Below are positions 28,774 to 39,900 of a stretch of DNA of 52,446 nt, piece by piece (positions within the stretch are counted from its first letter, which is position 1; every line of letters begins with the position of its first letter). The notes below the pieces were generated by a model. The model was not told the origin of the DNA and did no database searches. It saw nothing but the letters and a program-made list of their open reading frames with translations. This DNA is from a virus. Lineage: Duplodnaviria > Caudoviricetes. The translations under genes and the position numbers were made by a program. The DNA lies in the IMG/VR virus record IMGVR_UViG_3300020463_000029, positions 1 through 52,446 of that record; one strand, written 5' to 3'.

Positions 28774-30603
28774 ATGGACAACATAGAACAATATAACAAA
28801 ACAGGATACATTGCCGCAATAGCCAGAGGACACAATGCAGGTGTTTGTTTGTTAAAAGACGGTGAAGTAGTATTTTCTATTGAAGAAGAAAGATTATCCA
28901 GAAGAAAATATGATGGTGGTCCATATGCATCCATGGTTGAGATTTTGAAATACACAGACAAAATTGACTATCTTGTTATTGCACATACACAGTCACTAAA
29001 AGATCCTTCAACAGGTAGAGTAGATTACTCAGGTGATGATGTGTACACAGGTATGGCTAGAAAACTTGGTTTAATTGATCAACACATACACAAGACAGAA
29101 CATCCTCAAGTAATTGACTTATCACACATACATCACAAACTTCATGCCGCGTGTGCATTTTACAGATCAGGCTTTGACAAAGCAGTTGCAGTAATTGTAG
29201 ACGGTGCAGGAACTTTTATTCCTATACAAAATAGTATTGCAGGCGAGATGACTGTGTTTGAAGTTGAAAGTATTTTTAGTTGTGATTATCCAAATGATAT
29301 TTTTGCACTTTACAAACATTATGGCACAGGTAACGCAACACCTGGAGCATATTATCCACAAATGGATTCAGAAAATATAGGAGAAGCAGGACATACACAC
29401 GAAGCAATATTTTCAGACAAAGCAGGTATTGTAAAAGTTTACGAAGCAGTAACACAATATTGTGGATTTAGCGCCATTGAAGCAGGCAAGACAATGGGAT
29501 TATTTCCTTATGGAAAGAAAAATGATGTAATTCCACCATTATTTCAAAAAGAAGGAAAGTTTGAACTGTCAAATAGAAATTTAATTATTCCAACATATCC
29601 TAATGCATCAGTTATAAACAGTCAACACTATCCATTTTTAGATGAACAACCTTCATCTGATAAAACAGATGATTGGACAAAATTGCAAAGTAGGAGAGAT
29701 TTATCTTATGCTGTACAAAAAGAATCACAAAAACAATGTTTAGACTTAATTTACAAAGCAGTTGAAATGAGTGGTTGCAAAAATGTTGTATTCTCTGGAG
29801 GATACGGATTAAATTGTGTAGCAAATTATTATTATTTAGAAAGTTTACAAAAAGACGGCATTAAATTTTATGCAGAACCAGTGTCAAATGATGCCGGTAC
29901 GGCAATGGGTGCCGCAATGTTGTTCTATTACAGTTTGACACAAACAAAAGAAAAGAAAGTTGACGAACCGACGCTATACTTAGGTCCAAAAAGAACATAC
30001 ACTAAAGAACAAATTGAAAAAATTTGTAGTCAACCAGGCGTAGAATTAATAGATGCAACAAATGAAGAAGTAGTAAAAATAATTGCTGATAGAAATATTG
30101 TGTCTATTTTCCAAGGACAATCAGAAAACGGTCCAAGAGCATTAGGAAACAGATCAATATTATATGATCCAAGAGACCCTAATGGTAAAGATCACGTAAA
30201 CATGGTAAAACATCGTGAATATTTCAGACCATTTGCAGGTACAATTTTACATGAACACGTGCATGAATGGTTTGACCTACGAGGCATGGAAGAAACACCT
30301 CATATGATGTATGCTGTAAATTGTCAACCAGGCATTGAAGAAAAAATTCCAAGCATAATACACGTAGACGGCACTTGTAGAATACAATCTGTTAAGAGAG
30401 AACAGAATCCATTGTATTATGATCTAATAAAAGAGTTTCATAAACAAACAGATTGTCCGATTATCTTCAACACATCATTTAATTTAGGTGGAGAACCATT
30501 AGTTGAAACATTAGATGATGCTGTAAGAACATTAATACACAGTGCAATTGAGTACTTGTACTTGCCTGAATATAACAAACTAGTGAAAGTAAAAAATGGA
30601 TAG
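28774..30603 (+). CDS. O-carbamoyltransferase (NodU/CmcH/TobZ family)
   Basis: EEERLSRRK, HHKLHAACAF, VDGAG, GKTMGL, SGGYGLNCVAN, DAGTAMGAA, GPRALGNRSIL, KHREYFRPFA, HVDGTCRIQSV and NTSFNLGGEP. Confidence 0.95.
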   Translation: MDNIEQYNKTGYIAAIARGHNAGVCLLKDGEVVFSIEEERLSRRKYDGGPYASMVEILKYTDKIDYLVIAHTQSLKDPSTGRVDYSGDDVYTGMARKLGLIDQHIHKTEHPQVIDLSHIHHKLHAACAFYRSGFDKAVAVIVDGAGTFIPIQNSIAGEMTVFEVESIFSCDYPNDIFALYKHYGTGNATPGAYYPQMDSENIGEAGHTHEAIFSDKAGIVKVYEAVTQYCGFSAIEAGKTMGLFPYGKKNDVIPPLFQKEGKFELSNRNLIIPTYPNASVINSQHYPFLDEQPSSDKTDDWTKLQSRRDLSYAVQKESQKQCLDLIYKAVEMSGCKNVVFSGGYGLNCVANYYYLESLQKDGIKFYAEPVSNDAGTAMGAAMLFYYSLTQTKEKKVDEPTLYLGPKRTYTKEQIEKICSQPGVELIDATNEEVVKIIADRNIVSIFQGQSENGPRALGNRSILYDPRDPNGKDHVNMVKHREYFRPFAGTILHEHVHEWFDLRGMEETPHMMYAVNCQPGIEEKIPSIIHVDGTCRIQSVKREQNPLYYDLIKEFHKQTDCPIIFNTSFNLGGEPLVETLDDAVRTLIHSAIEYLYLPEYNKLVKVKNG

Positions 30604-31573
30604 AAAAACAGCAATCTTTTTAAATGGCGGTGCTGGTAGAATGATTAGTTCCATACCGGCAGTAGAAAAATATCTAGAAGAAAATCCAGATAAAGACCCA
30701 ATACTGATTTGTGAGGGTGGTACAGATGTATTCAAAGGTCATCCTAAGTTGCATTTCAGAGCATATGACAATTGGCACAAAAATTTATTCCAAGATTTAC
30801 TTAAAGATAGAGATTTAATCAGTCCAGAACCATATAGAATATGGGAATACTACAATCAAAAATGTAATCTAGCACAGGCATATGATATTGCAATAAATGA
30901 TAAAGGAATAAGAGACTTACCAAAACCTAATTTAAAACTTTCTAAAGAAGAATTATTACTTGCAAGAAAAATGATTGCAGAAGTAAAAGAAAAAACTGGT
31001 AAAGACAAAGTGATTGTTTTCCAACCATTTGGAAGAGGTGCCCAACCTGAAGAATTGAAAGAAAGTGAGAAAGAAAAAACACCGGATATTGTTGATGTTA
31101 CAGGTAGAAGTATTGAACTTAAAAACATCTGGAACATTGTGCGTCAATTATCTAAAGATGTTGGTGTTATGATAATGAGCGAATTTCCATTAGACTTTCA
31201 AAAACACATGAACAAGCCTGTTGCCACTCCAATGGGAGTACACATTAGAGTATGGATGGCTGTGATAAAACAAGCAGATCATTTCCTTGGTTGCGATAGT
31301 GTAGGACAACACATGGCTTATTCCTATGATAAAACAGCAACAGTTGTAATAGGTTCAACTTATCCCATAAACACCAGTTTTCCAGATGCAGAAAAATTCA
31401 ATGTAATTGACTTAGGAAAAGACGACAGAGTATACAGTCCTATAAGAGTTACATCAGATGAGTTTTCAGACCGTATAAATGAAGGCATTATGGCTATGGA
31501 GAGCGAAACTGAGGATAGAATAGTGAAGTCAGTACATAGATTGATAAAACACGGTAAAAATACCCGTAAATAG
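30596..31573 (+). CDS. GT9-like glycosyltransferase 2, paralogue of 27820
   Basis: FLNGGAGRMISSIPAV, SPEPYR..EY.NQKC, FQPFGRG and ADHFLGCDSVGQHMAY; overlaps the carbamoyltransferase stop by 8 bp. Confidence 0.7.
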   Translation: MDRKTAIFLNGGAGRMISSIPAVEKYLEENPDKDPILICEGGTDVFKGHPKLHFRAYDNWHKNLFQDLLKDRDLISPEPYRIWEYYNQKCNLAQAYDIAINDKGIRDLPKPNLKLSKEELLLARKMIAEVKEKTGKDKVIVFQPFGRGAQPEELKESEKEKTPDIVDVTGRSIELKNIWNIVRQLSKDVGVMIMSEFPLDFQKHMNKPVATPMGVHIRVWMAVIKQADHFLGCDSVGQHMAYSYDKTATVVIGSTYPINTSFPDAEKFNVIDLGKDDRVYSPIRVTSDEFSDRINEGIMAMESETEDRIVKSVHRLIKHGKNTRK

Positions 31574-31610
31574 CCTTTTTATACACACAACACAACTCCC
31601 GCCAATTAGG

Positions 31611-31616
31611 TAAATA
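31611..31616 (+). promoter_or_regulatory. Late promoter core TAAATA
   Basis: Intergenic, upstream of the AAGGA RBS and the ATG at 31640. Confidence 0.55.
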
Positions 31617-31639
31617 CACTATAACAAGGAAATTTCTAT

Positions 31640-32074
31640 ATGTTTGATGTATCAAGATTTTTTGGCAAAGGAGACAGAAACACTCTATTATTGAAGAATG
31701 GCTTAAATTTTTCATATAATGGACCATATCTAGTCGTAGAAGAAGGTCTAGTTTTAGACCAATGGCACGTGAATACATTCACGTCTGCAGAATATACCAT
31801 CAGTGTAGATTATGATACAAACAACAAAGAAGTATTGAAAGTATTAGTAGTAGCAAGTCCTAATCAATCAAGTCTTACAATATATGGCAGATCAAATTTA
31901 GGTAATAATTTAATAAAACTAAACAGCACTGTAGATAATTCACTTGTGAAAGTAACTGTTGATCCAGCAGATAAATCACAAACAGAAAAATACACAGGTA
32001 GTAAAGTAATTTTTGGTGCGTCCTATTTTTCAACACAGAACGCATTAGTAGGTGGACAACAGGTAACAAGTTAA
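31640..32074 (+). CDS. Small virion structural protein
   Basis: 144 aa beta-rich protein, LDQW....FTSAEYTI.V.....KE...VLV; has an RBS and a late promoter. Confidence 0.6.
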   Translation: MFDVSRFFGKGDRNTLLLKNGLNFSYNGPYLVVEEGLVLDQWHVNTFTSAEYTISVDYDTNNKEVLKVLVVASPNQSSLTIYGRSNLGNNLIKLNSTVDNSLVKVTVDPADKSQTEKYTGSKVIFGASYFSTQNALVGGQQVTS

Positions 32075-32075
32075 G

Positions 32076-33938
32076 ATGGCAGTTGTATTAAAACAATTTG
32101 AAACGGAACATGGATTTAAAAGTCCTGGATTTACGGTTGATAATGCTGGAAATGTTGTTGTAAGAACTATTACAAACACATACACTCCACCAGTTACTCC
32201 ACCAGCACCAGATTTTAACACAAATGAGACTGCGGGTGCATTTACATGGTTAAAAGATGGTAGTGCAGTTTCAGGAAATAATCCTAACATAACAGTTGAA
32301 CGTGGTAAAACATATAGTTTTGTATTAAATCTATCAAGTTTAACTTTTAACATATTCCAACCTGATTCCAATGACGCAAACACACCTGGCAATTTATACA
32401 GCACAGGTTTAAGTCATCAAAATGTTGTTACAGGAAGCACACTTGCAACAGGTTCATTAACTTTTTCGCAAACATGGGCACAACAACAAAGTGGTTATGA
32501 CAGAACAGCACAGGTACTTGTCCCTAACACAACAGGCACAGCCTTAGCAGGTAAAAAAATTCCAGTATTAATTGTTTTACATGACACAAATGAAACACAA
32601 GGACAGGGTATTGCAAAAGTAAATTGGGTTAGCGATAGAATTTTAATTGCTCCACAAGGTTATAGCAACGAATGGAACGTTGGTTATCAAACAAGTAAAG
32701 CAAATGATGTTGCACTAATAGATTCAATCATAGCAAGTTTAGATGGTTACGATAATGTTGACACAAGAGAAATAGCAATAGTTGGTTTCGGCAATGGTGC
32801 ACAATTGGCATTACAATATTCAAACTATACTCAGAACGCATCTGTTAAACACATTATAACTTACAATGGTTTGTTGCATGAAGACCAATACTTGCCAGCA
32901 GGACCAACTTTTTACAACTATACTTTAGATCCACAAAACACAGATAATTCTACAATAGTAAATTGGTCAGCAGTTACACCATTGTCAGGTAAAAAAGTTA
33001 CAATGTTCAATGGTAAAAATGAATTAAATTATGTTTATAATGGTGGTACATATCAAAACCAAGTTTTGTACAGTGCAGTAGATACTATCTATGCAATGGC
33101 ACAGGCAGACAGCACTATCGCAACTAAAGAAACTACAGGTTCTCAACAACCTGACAGTAGTGAATTAATTTCATATGAATCAGGCGATATTAGATTATTC
33201 AGTTATCTTGATGTTGCAAATAATTTTGCCAATTATCAAAACAATATAAGAAGTCAAATTACAACTCAAATTACAGTTGCATCTTATTTAGATATTCCAG
33301 TTTCAACTACACTGACAGGTGCGACAGCACAAGGTAAACAATCAGGCACATTAACTTATGAAGTTCCTGTTGATGCTCCAGATTCATTATTTTACGCTGA
33401 TGCAGATGGAATTCCTGCAGGAATAATCACAGTTGCCCAACCTTCATTGATTGGAGCAGGTGTATTCAGTTCAATTTTAAACACAGGAAATTTTTTAAGC
33501 AATGGCGTAAATGCAAATGTTGAAATTAAACCAACAGGCACAGGTTTAGTAACTATCCAACCAGAGGCAATTGGTACTATCACCAACATGAACGTCAATG
33601 CACAGCAATTAACAGCAACAAATAATGTTAGTTTGACACCAAATGCTGATGTAACAATTAGTCCACAAGCAGGTGGAAATTTATCAATAAGACCGATTGA
33701 TTTAGGTGCTGTAGATAACGTTACTATTGGGGGAGTTATTCCAAGAAATGGAACCTTTTCAAATATTGTTTCTGCCCAAGGAACGTTAAATAGTACTACA
33801 ATAGGTTTAACCACTGCGGCTTCGGCGGCTTTTACAGGTGCGACTGTAACAAACGACCCAAGCAGTGCTAATGACGTAACTAAAAAGCAGTACGTTGATA
33901 ACACAGCCACAGTGTTAGCGATTGCATTAGGAGTATAA
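32076..33938 (+). CDS. Fibre protein with an inserted, apparently inactive alpha/beta-hydrolase (LpqC/PHB-depolymerase-like) domain
   Basis: 620 aa. PVLIVLH...IAPQG...WNVG...DVALI..II...VDTREIAIVGFGNGA (Ser of GxSxG absent); C-terminal IGG..P..GTF, TKKQYVD and AIALGV. Confidence 0.7.
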   Translation: MAVVLKQFETEHGFKSPGFTVDNAGNVVVRTITNTYTPPVTPPAPDFNTNETAGAFTWLKDGSAVSGNNPNITVERGKTYSFVLNLSSLTFNIFQPDSNDANTPGNLYSTGLSHQNVVTGSTLATGSLTFSQTWAQQQSGYDRTAQVLVPNTTGTALAGKKIPVLIVLHDTNETQGQGIAKVNWVSDRILIAPQGYSNEWNVGYQTSKANDVALIDSIIASLDGYDNVDTREIAIVGFGNGAQLALQYSNYTQNASVKHIITYNGLLHEDQYLPAGPTFYNYTLDPQNTDNSTIVNWSAVTPLSGKKVTMFNGKNELNYVYNGGTYQNQVLYSAVDTIYAMAQADSTIATKETTGSQQPDSSELISYESGDIRLFSYLDVANNFANYQNNIRSQITTQITVASYLDIPVSTTLTGATAQGKQSGTLTYEVPVDAPDSLFYADADGIPAGIITVAQPSLIGAGVFSSILNTGNFLSNGVNANVEIKPTGTGLVTIQPEAIGTITNMNVNAQQLTATNNVSLTPNADVTISPQAGGNLSIRPIDLGAVDNVTIGGVIPRNGTFSNIVSAQGTLNSTTIGLTTAASAAFTGATVTNDPSSANDVTKKQYVDNTATVLAIALGV

Positions 33939-33945
33939 AAAGAGA

Positions 33946-36900
33946 ATGGCAAAAAGACGAGTAGAAAATTATAAATTTACACCAGGTATTCCATTAAGTG
34001 GAAATCTATATCCTAATGCCTGGGCACAAATCAATGCTAACAAAGAATGGTTAAAAGATGAATCAAATGCTTTTATCAATTTCAAAGTAGCACAAGACAC
34101 AGCGGCAGATTTATATCCTAATACATCTGCTAGAATTACAAATAATTTAGACTATATCAAATCAGAAGTTGCGGCTTGGGTAGCAGTACAAGTTGCAGGC
34201 AACGTATCACCATTTGCAGGTTACTCTAAACTTGCGGCAGATATAAAAACTGACACAGGTAACGTTGTTAATGCGGCTTACAGAGACACAAGATATGGTG
34301 GTAACGAAAATATTAGACTGCAATCAGGAACATACTTTGCTGACGGTGTATTACAATTAGCCAATGATGGTGATCCAGAAGTTGCTTATCTTACAAAAGC
34401 AAGAGATATTGTTGTAAACTATATTTTACCAGGAATAGCATACAGTTCTATAAACTCAGATGGGTTCTCACAGAATACAACAGGTACAAACGGTGAAGCA
34501 GGCGGTGTATCAGGTTACACAACAAATCACAATGTGATTACAAATGCAATAGACAATGGTATTTTAACATTACCAGCATTAGTAAGTTCCGTTTACGTAT
34601 TTGAAAACTTTACATACGATTCATATCTATGTGAAAGAGATATGGGTTACAATATTGATGGTATTCTTAAAGATTTAAGATACGGTGGTAATGAACAATC
34701 AAGATATAATGCATCAACATACTGGGTTGGTACAGTATCAGTATTAAGTGGTGACAGACAACCTGAAGAGGCTGTTAAAAATGAAATACGAAACATCATA
34801 AACAATTATGTAATACCAGGAAATGCTTTTACAACAAAACAAAATCCTGTTGTAACACAACAAACAATTTTAGGCACACCAGGTGAAGCAGGTGCAACTA
34901 CACGTGTTACATCATTGTTTGGTATTATTACCGATGTTGTTATAAATGGTTTAGATAATTTACCTGCACAGATAAACAACGGAATTTCAAGTGTTAAAGT
35001 TCCTGAAAAAATTGATTTAGAAAGATTATTATTAATTACAAATGCAACAGATAACAATGTGTTGTATACTTTCAATGATCCGGCAAAAGGTGCAACTGCT
35101 GAGTACAAAAGAGAATATTCTACTGATACATCGAACCCAACTGCTTTTGTTGATCCAGATTTTCCAAAAGCATTTCACGGAAACGATGCAATAACAACTT
35201 TATTTTTAGAAACAGATACATCTACAGACAACAGCACAGACAGAATTCAAATATTTGTAGAAGATAATCAATTAACTGTAAGACCTTTTGACTTTGGTAC
35301 TGACGCAATTGAACGTATGAGGGTTGCACAACCTGAATCAATGCTTGACGCTGACTTTGAATACGGTCTTCAGCCAACAAAGTGGAGTGCAATTTCTACA
35401 CAAAGAGGTTATCCATCAATTTATGAAGTACCAGGTACAGACTTTGACGTTTCAGGTGTAACATCAGATGCATCAGCAGGTACACAAGGTATTGGTTCGT
35501 CTTTAATAACAGTAACAACTGTTGGACCACACGGTTTTGAAGCAGGACAACCTTTAACAATTACAGGTTTTGACAATGGTGTTGCAGGTGCAAGTAGAGC
35601 CGCTGGTTCTTTCACAGTAAACACAGTTGTCAGCACAACACAATTTACATATTACGCAAAAGCAAAAGTTGGACAAGTTAATCCAACAACAATCAGTACA
35701 AATGCAACACAATTAAGAGAAGGTGCATTTTACACAGGTGCGGCAATTGGTTTTCCAACTTTCAGTGTGTCAGACAATGGTTCATCTGGTAGTATTGTAA
35801 CAGCACTTGCGGCTTTAAGTGGAACAACATTCTTACCATACAGTGGCGCAACTCCACCAATTGGTGCTCCATTATCAGGAACAGGTATTCAAACTGGAAC
35901 ACAAATTACAGCAATTAATGGAACAGGTGGTGCGTTGGCTTCTCCAACTGTCACAGGTGATTATCTTTCAGGTGTAACAGAAATACAAGTGGCGGATTCA
36001 GCAGGTATTGTACAAAACTCTGTAATTGATAGAGGTGATGGTTATGCAGTAACAATCACAAACGTTGCAGGAAATTCCTTAACATTGTCAGCACCATTGA
36101 CACAACCTCTGGTAGGTGATGTCACTCAATATACAAATTTAGCAGGTGCTAATTATTCACCACAAGGACAATTAGCAAGATTTAATATTACAAGAACAGG
36201 CGGAAATTATTCTGCGGCAATAGTTGCATCAGGTGAAAACTATGCAGTAGGTGACGCAATAGTTGTGTCAGGCACAGACTTAGGTGGTTCAACTCCAGCA
36301 AATGATTGTACAGTTCTTGTTCAAACAATTGACACAGGTGGAGAAATTTTAACAGTAACAGCAAGTGGATCAGCATTCACTGGTACAGGTACAGCAACAG
36401 GTGTTGCACCTACGTTCAATGGCAATGCAGGTTCAGGTGCACAATTAAATCTAACAAAAACAAATGGAACTTATTCAGTCGCATTGAATTCACCAACATA
36501 CACAAACATTTCAGGTACACAAACAACACCAGGTGGTTCAAATGCAACATTTGATGTCACAGCGGCAGGCGGTAACTACACAGTTGCAGTTAATAATGCA
36601 GGTAGTGGTTATGCACAAAATGATGTGATAAGAATTACAGGTTCAGAGTTTGGTGGTACTACTTCAAATCACTTGAACATAAGAGTAACAGCAGTAAGCG
36701 GAAGCGGAGAAATACAAACTATAAATGCAGGTGGTAATGCTCCAGATCAAACAGTTACGTACAATTCACCAGCATTTACTTCCGACCAGGCAGGTGTAAA
36801 TGCCCAGTTCAATGTAACAAGAACTGGAACGACTTATTCAGCAGTAATAACTGGCATAGGTTCAGGTTATGTACAGAATGAAGTATTAACTTTTGTAGGA

Positions 36901-39900
36901 ACAAATTTAGGTGGTGCGACAACTGCCAACGATGCTACAATTACTGTAGATTCTGTTGACGGCAACGGTGGTATATTAACTTTCACTGTAGGCGGTACAG
37001 CAGTTGACACAAAAGATTACACTGCATTATCAACAGGTGTAAATCTTGTTGGTTCATCAGGTACATTTGATATTGCAATTTCAGGTGCAGTTGCAACTGT
37101 TACTTCAAATACGGCAGGTGATGATTACGGTGTAGGTCAAGAAATTATATTATTAGGTTCGCTATTTGGTGGACAGGACAGTGTACATGACATTACAGTT
37201 ACAGTAACGGCAGTTACTGGTGGAACTGGTGCAGGTCCAATAAGCACATTATCACAAGCATACACAGGTTCAGCAGGAGCGGCTCCTGTTGATGGTACTT
37301 CAGGTTACAGTGTAGGCGACTTATATGTAATTAATGGAAGTGATGCTGGTGCTTCAGCGGCAGTAAATGACGCATATGTTTCAGTTTCAAGTGTGAATGG
37401 ACAAGGTGGTATTACAGCCTTAGCAGTTACAGGTACAGGTACAGATGCTAATGTTGATTATGTAAGTCCTGCATACACAACATCCGCTTCGGGTACTGGT
37501 GCAGTATTTGATATAAACAGAACAGGTGCAGTTTACACAGCAACTTTCAGCAACAATGGTAGTTCGTTTGTAGGTGCAGAAACAATAGACATTGCGGGTA
37601 CGGCATTAGGTGGATCATCACCAGCAAATGATTGTCAAATTACTGTTAACACGGTGTCAGCAGGTGCAGTTGCAACATTTACAGTAACTGGTACAGCAGT
37701 GAACACACAAACATTCACAAATGTTAACAAAGCATACAGAACAGGTGTTGGCTTATCTGTTGATGTTGAACTATCAGGTGGAACATACACAGTATCATTA
37801 AACAATGCAGGTTCAGGATACAACGCTAATCAATCATTTACAATACCAGGTACTTCTTTATTTGGTGCGACACCAACAAATGATTTAACATTTGATGTTG
37901 GTTCAGTAGATGCACAAAGCACAGGTGTTGTAACTGCTTTGGCTAATCAATCAGGAACAGCAAACACAGGTACAGGTCAAAGTTTAAATGTTGCAGGTAC
38001 AAACAGAACACCACAAGGTGTTGGTGCACAATACAGTGTAACAAGAACAAACGCCACAGACTCATCAACAGCATATACAGAATGTCAAGTTACTTCCACA
38101 GGATCAAACTATGCAGTAGGTGACAAATTAATTATTTCAGGTGCTAATTTAGGTGGACAAAATATAACAAATGATATTACAGTAAGAGTACAACAAGTTA
38201 ATACAAATGGTGGAATACTTGCAAGTACACACGAAGGTACAGCAGTTGGTGGTACAGGTTTACAAGTATTCAGTTCTGTAACAATATCAGATCCAACATC
38301 ACAGAACATAGCACAAACACAAACAGTTACTTACAGTGCATTGGCAACAATGCAGATTGATTTTGCAACGCCTCATGGACTAGTTCCAGGAAATGCTTTC
38401 CTTGTAGTAATACAATCAGATGATGGCGCAAACAATCACATACTTGCATCAGGACCATTCCTTGCAACGGCAATTCCATCACCAACGCAATTAAGATATC
38501 AAGTTAGATCTCCAGGTGCTATAACGGATTCAGGATGGCAAGGATTTGTTTATGGTAGACCAGATTCATTCTTTGTACACAGACCATTTGATGGTGGTGT
38601 ACAATTAGGTACAGGTGGTCCGGCACACGGTGCACAGGCAATACGTCAATCTAAAAAATATATTAGATATCAATCAGGTAAAGGTTGTATGTACACAACG
38701 GGTGCCTTATTTGCTCCAAGTTACGATATTCTAAATGTAACAGCAGATGGTACAAATTCTGGTGCAACAATCACCGTGACAATAGATGATGTAGATCACA
38801 ATTTACAAGTTGGTGCAAAAATAAGATTAGTTGGTATTGCAACATCAGGATATGATGGCACATACACAGTTGCTTCAGTAACAAGTGAAAGAGTATTAAC
38901 AATAACAGCACAAATTACTTTAGGAGCCACAACAGCAGAATTTACAGATCAACCACAAGTATCGTTGTATCAATGGAATGGTGCAACTGTAAGATCAGGT
39001 ATATTTGATGATCAAAACGGAATTTTCTGGGAATATGATGGACAACAAACAAACGCAGTGCAACGTACAGCAACAAGACAGTTGGCTGGTACTGTAACAG
39101 TTACTCCAGACTCAAACACAGTAACAGGTGTTGGTACAAGATTTAGAGAACAAGTTAAAGCAGGTGACAGAATTGTAATCAGAGGTATGACACACGTGGT
39201 AGCAGGTGTGGCAAGTAATACGTCAATGAACGTTACTCCAGATTATAGAGGTGTTAATACTTCTGCTGGTGTTAAAATTTGTGCAGTTGTTGATAAAAAA
39301 GCAAAACAATCAGAATTCAATAGAGATGTATTGGACGGAACAGGAGCAAGTGGATACAATTGGAACGTATCTAAGATGCAGATGATTGGGATACAATTTT
39401 CATGGTACGGGGCTGGATTTATTGACTGGATGTGTAGAGGTCATAAAGGTGAGTTTATATTTGTTCACAGAATGAGAAATTCAAACATCAATACAGAAGC
39501 ATTTATGAGAACAGGTAACCAACCTGTACGTTACGAAGTAACAAATGAAGGTCCAAATGGCAAACTAGAAGCAGATATGACTACTGTACAAACTACTGTG
39601 CCGTTAGTTGATGCTTCATTCTTCCCAACAACAGGTGGAACAGTTTACATTGATAACGAAGTTATTACATTTACAGGTGTGTCTGGTGACACATTAACAG
39701 GTTGTACACGTGCGGCACAGTTAACAAACTTTGCTTCTGGTGCCACAAGATCATACACAGGTGGTACAGCAAGTACACACTTTAGAAATTCAGGTGTTGT
39801 ATTGATATCCAACACAGCATCTCCAAACATATCACACTGGGGATCAGCATATCTAACAGATGGTAACTTTGATGAAGATAGAGGATACCTATTCAGTTAC

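Noticed and set aside
31574-31584. CCTTTTTATAC, similar to CCTTTTTTATAC at 49645-49656, each upstream of a late promoter
   Set aside because: Only two low-complexity copies with different spacing; no preceding hairpin, so it is not supportable as a terminator or a motif.
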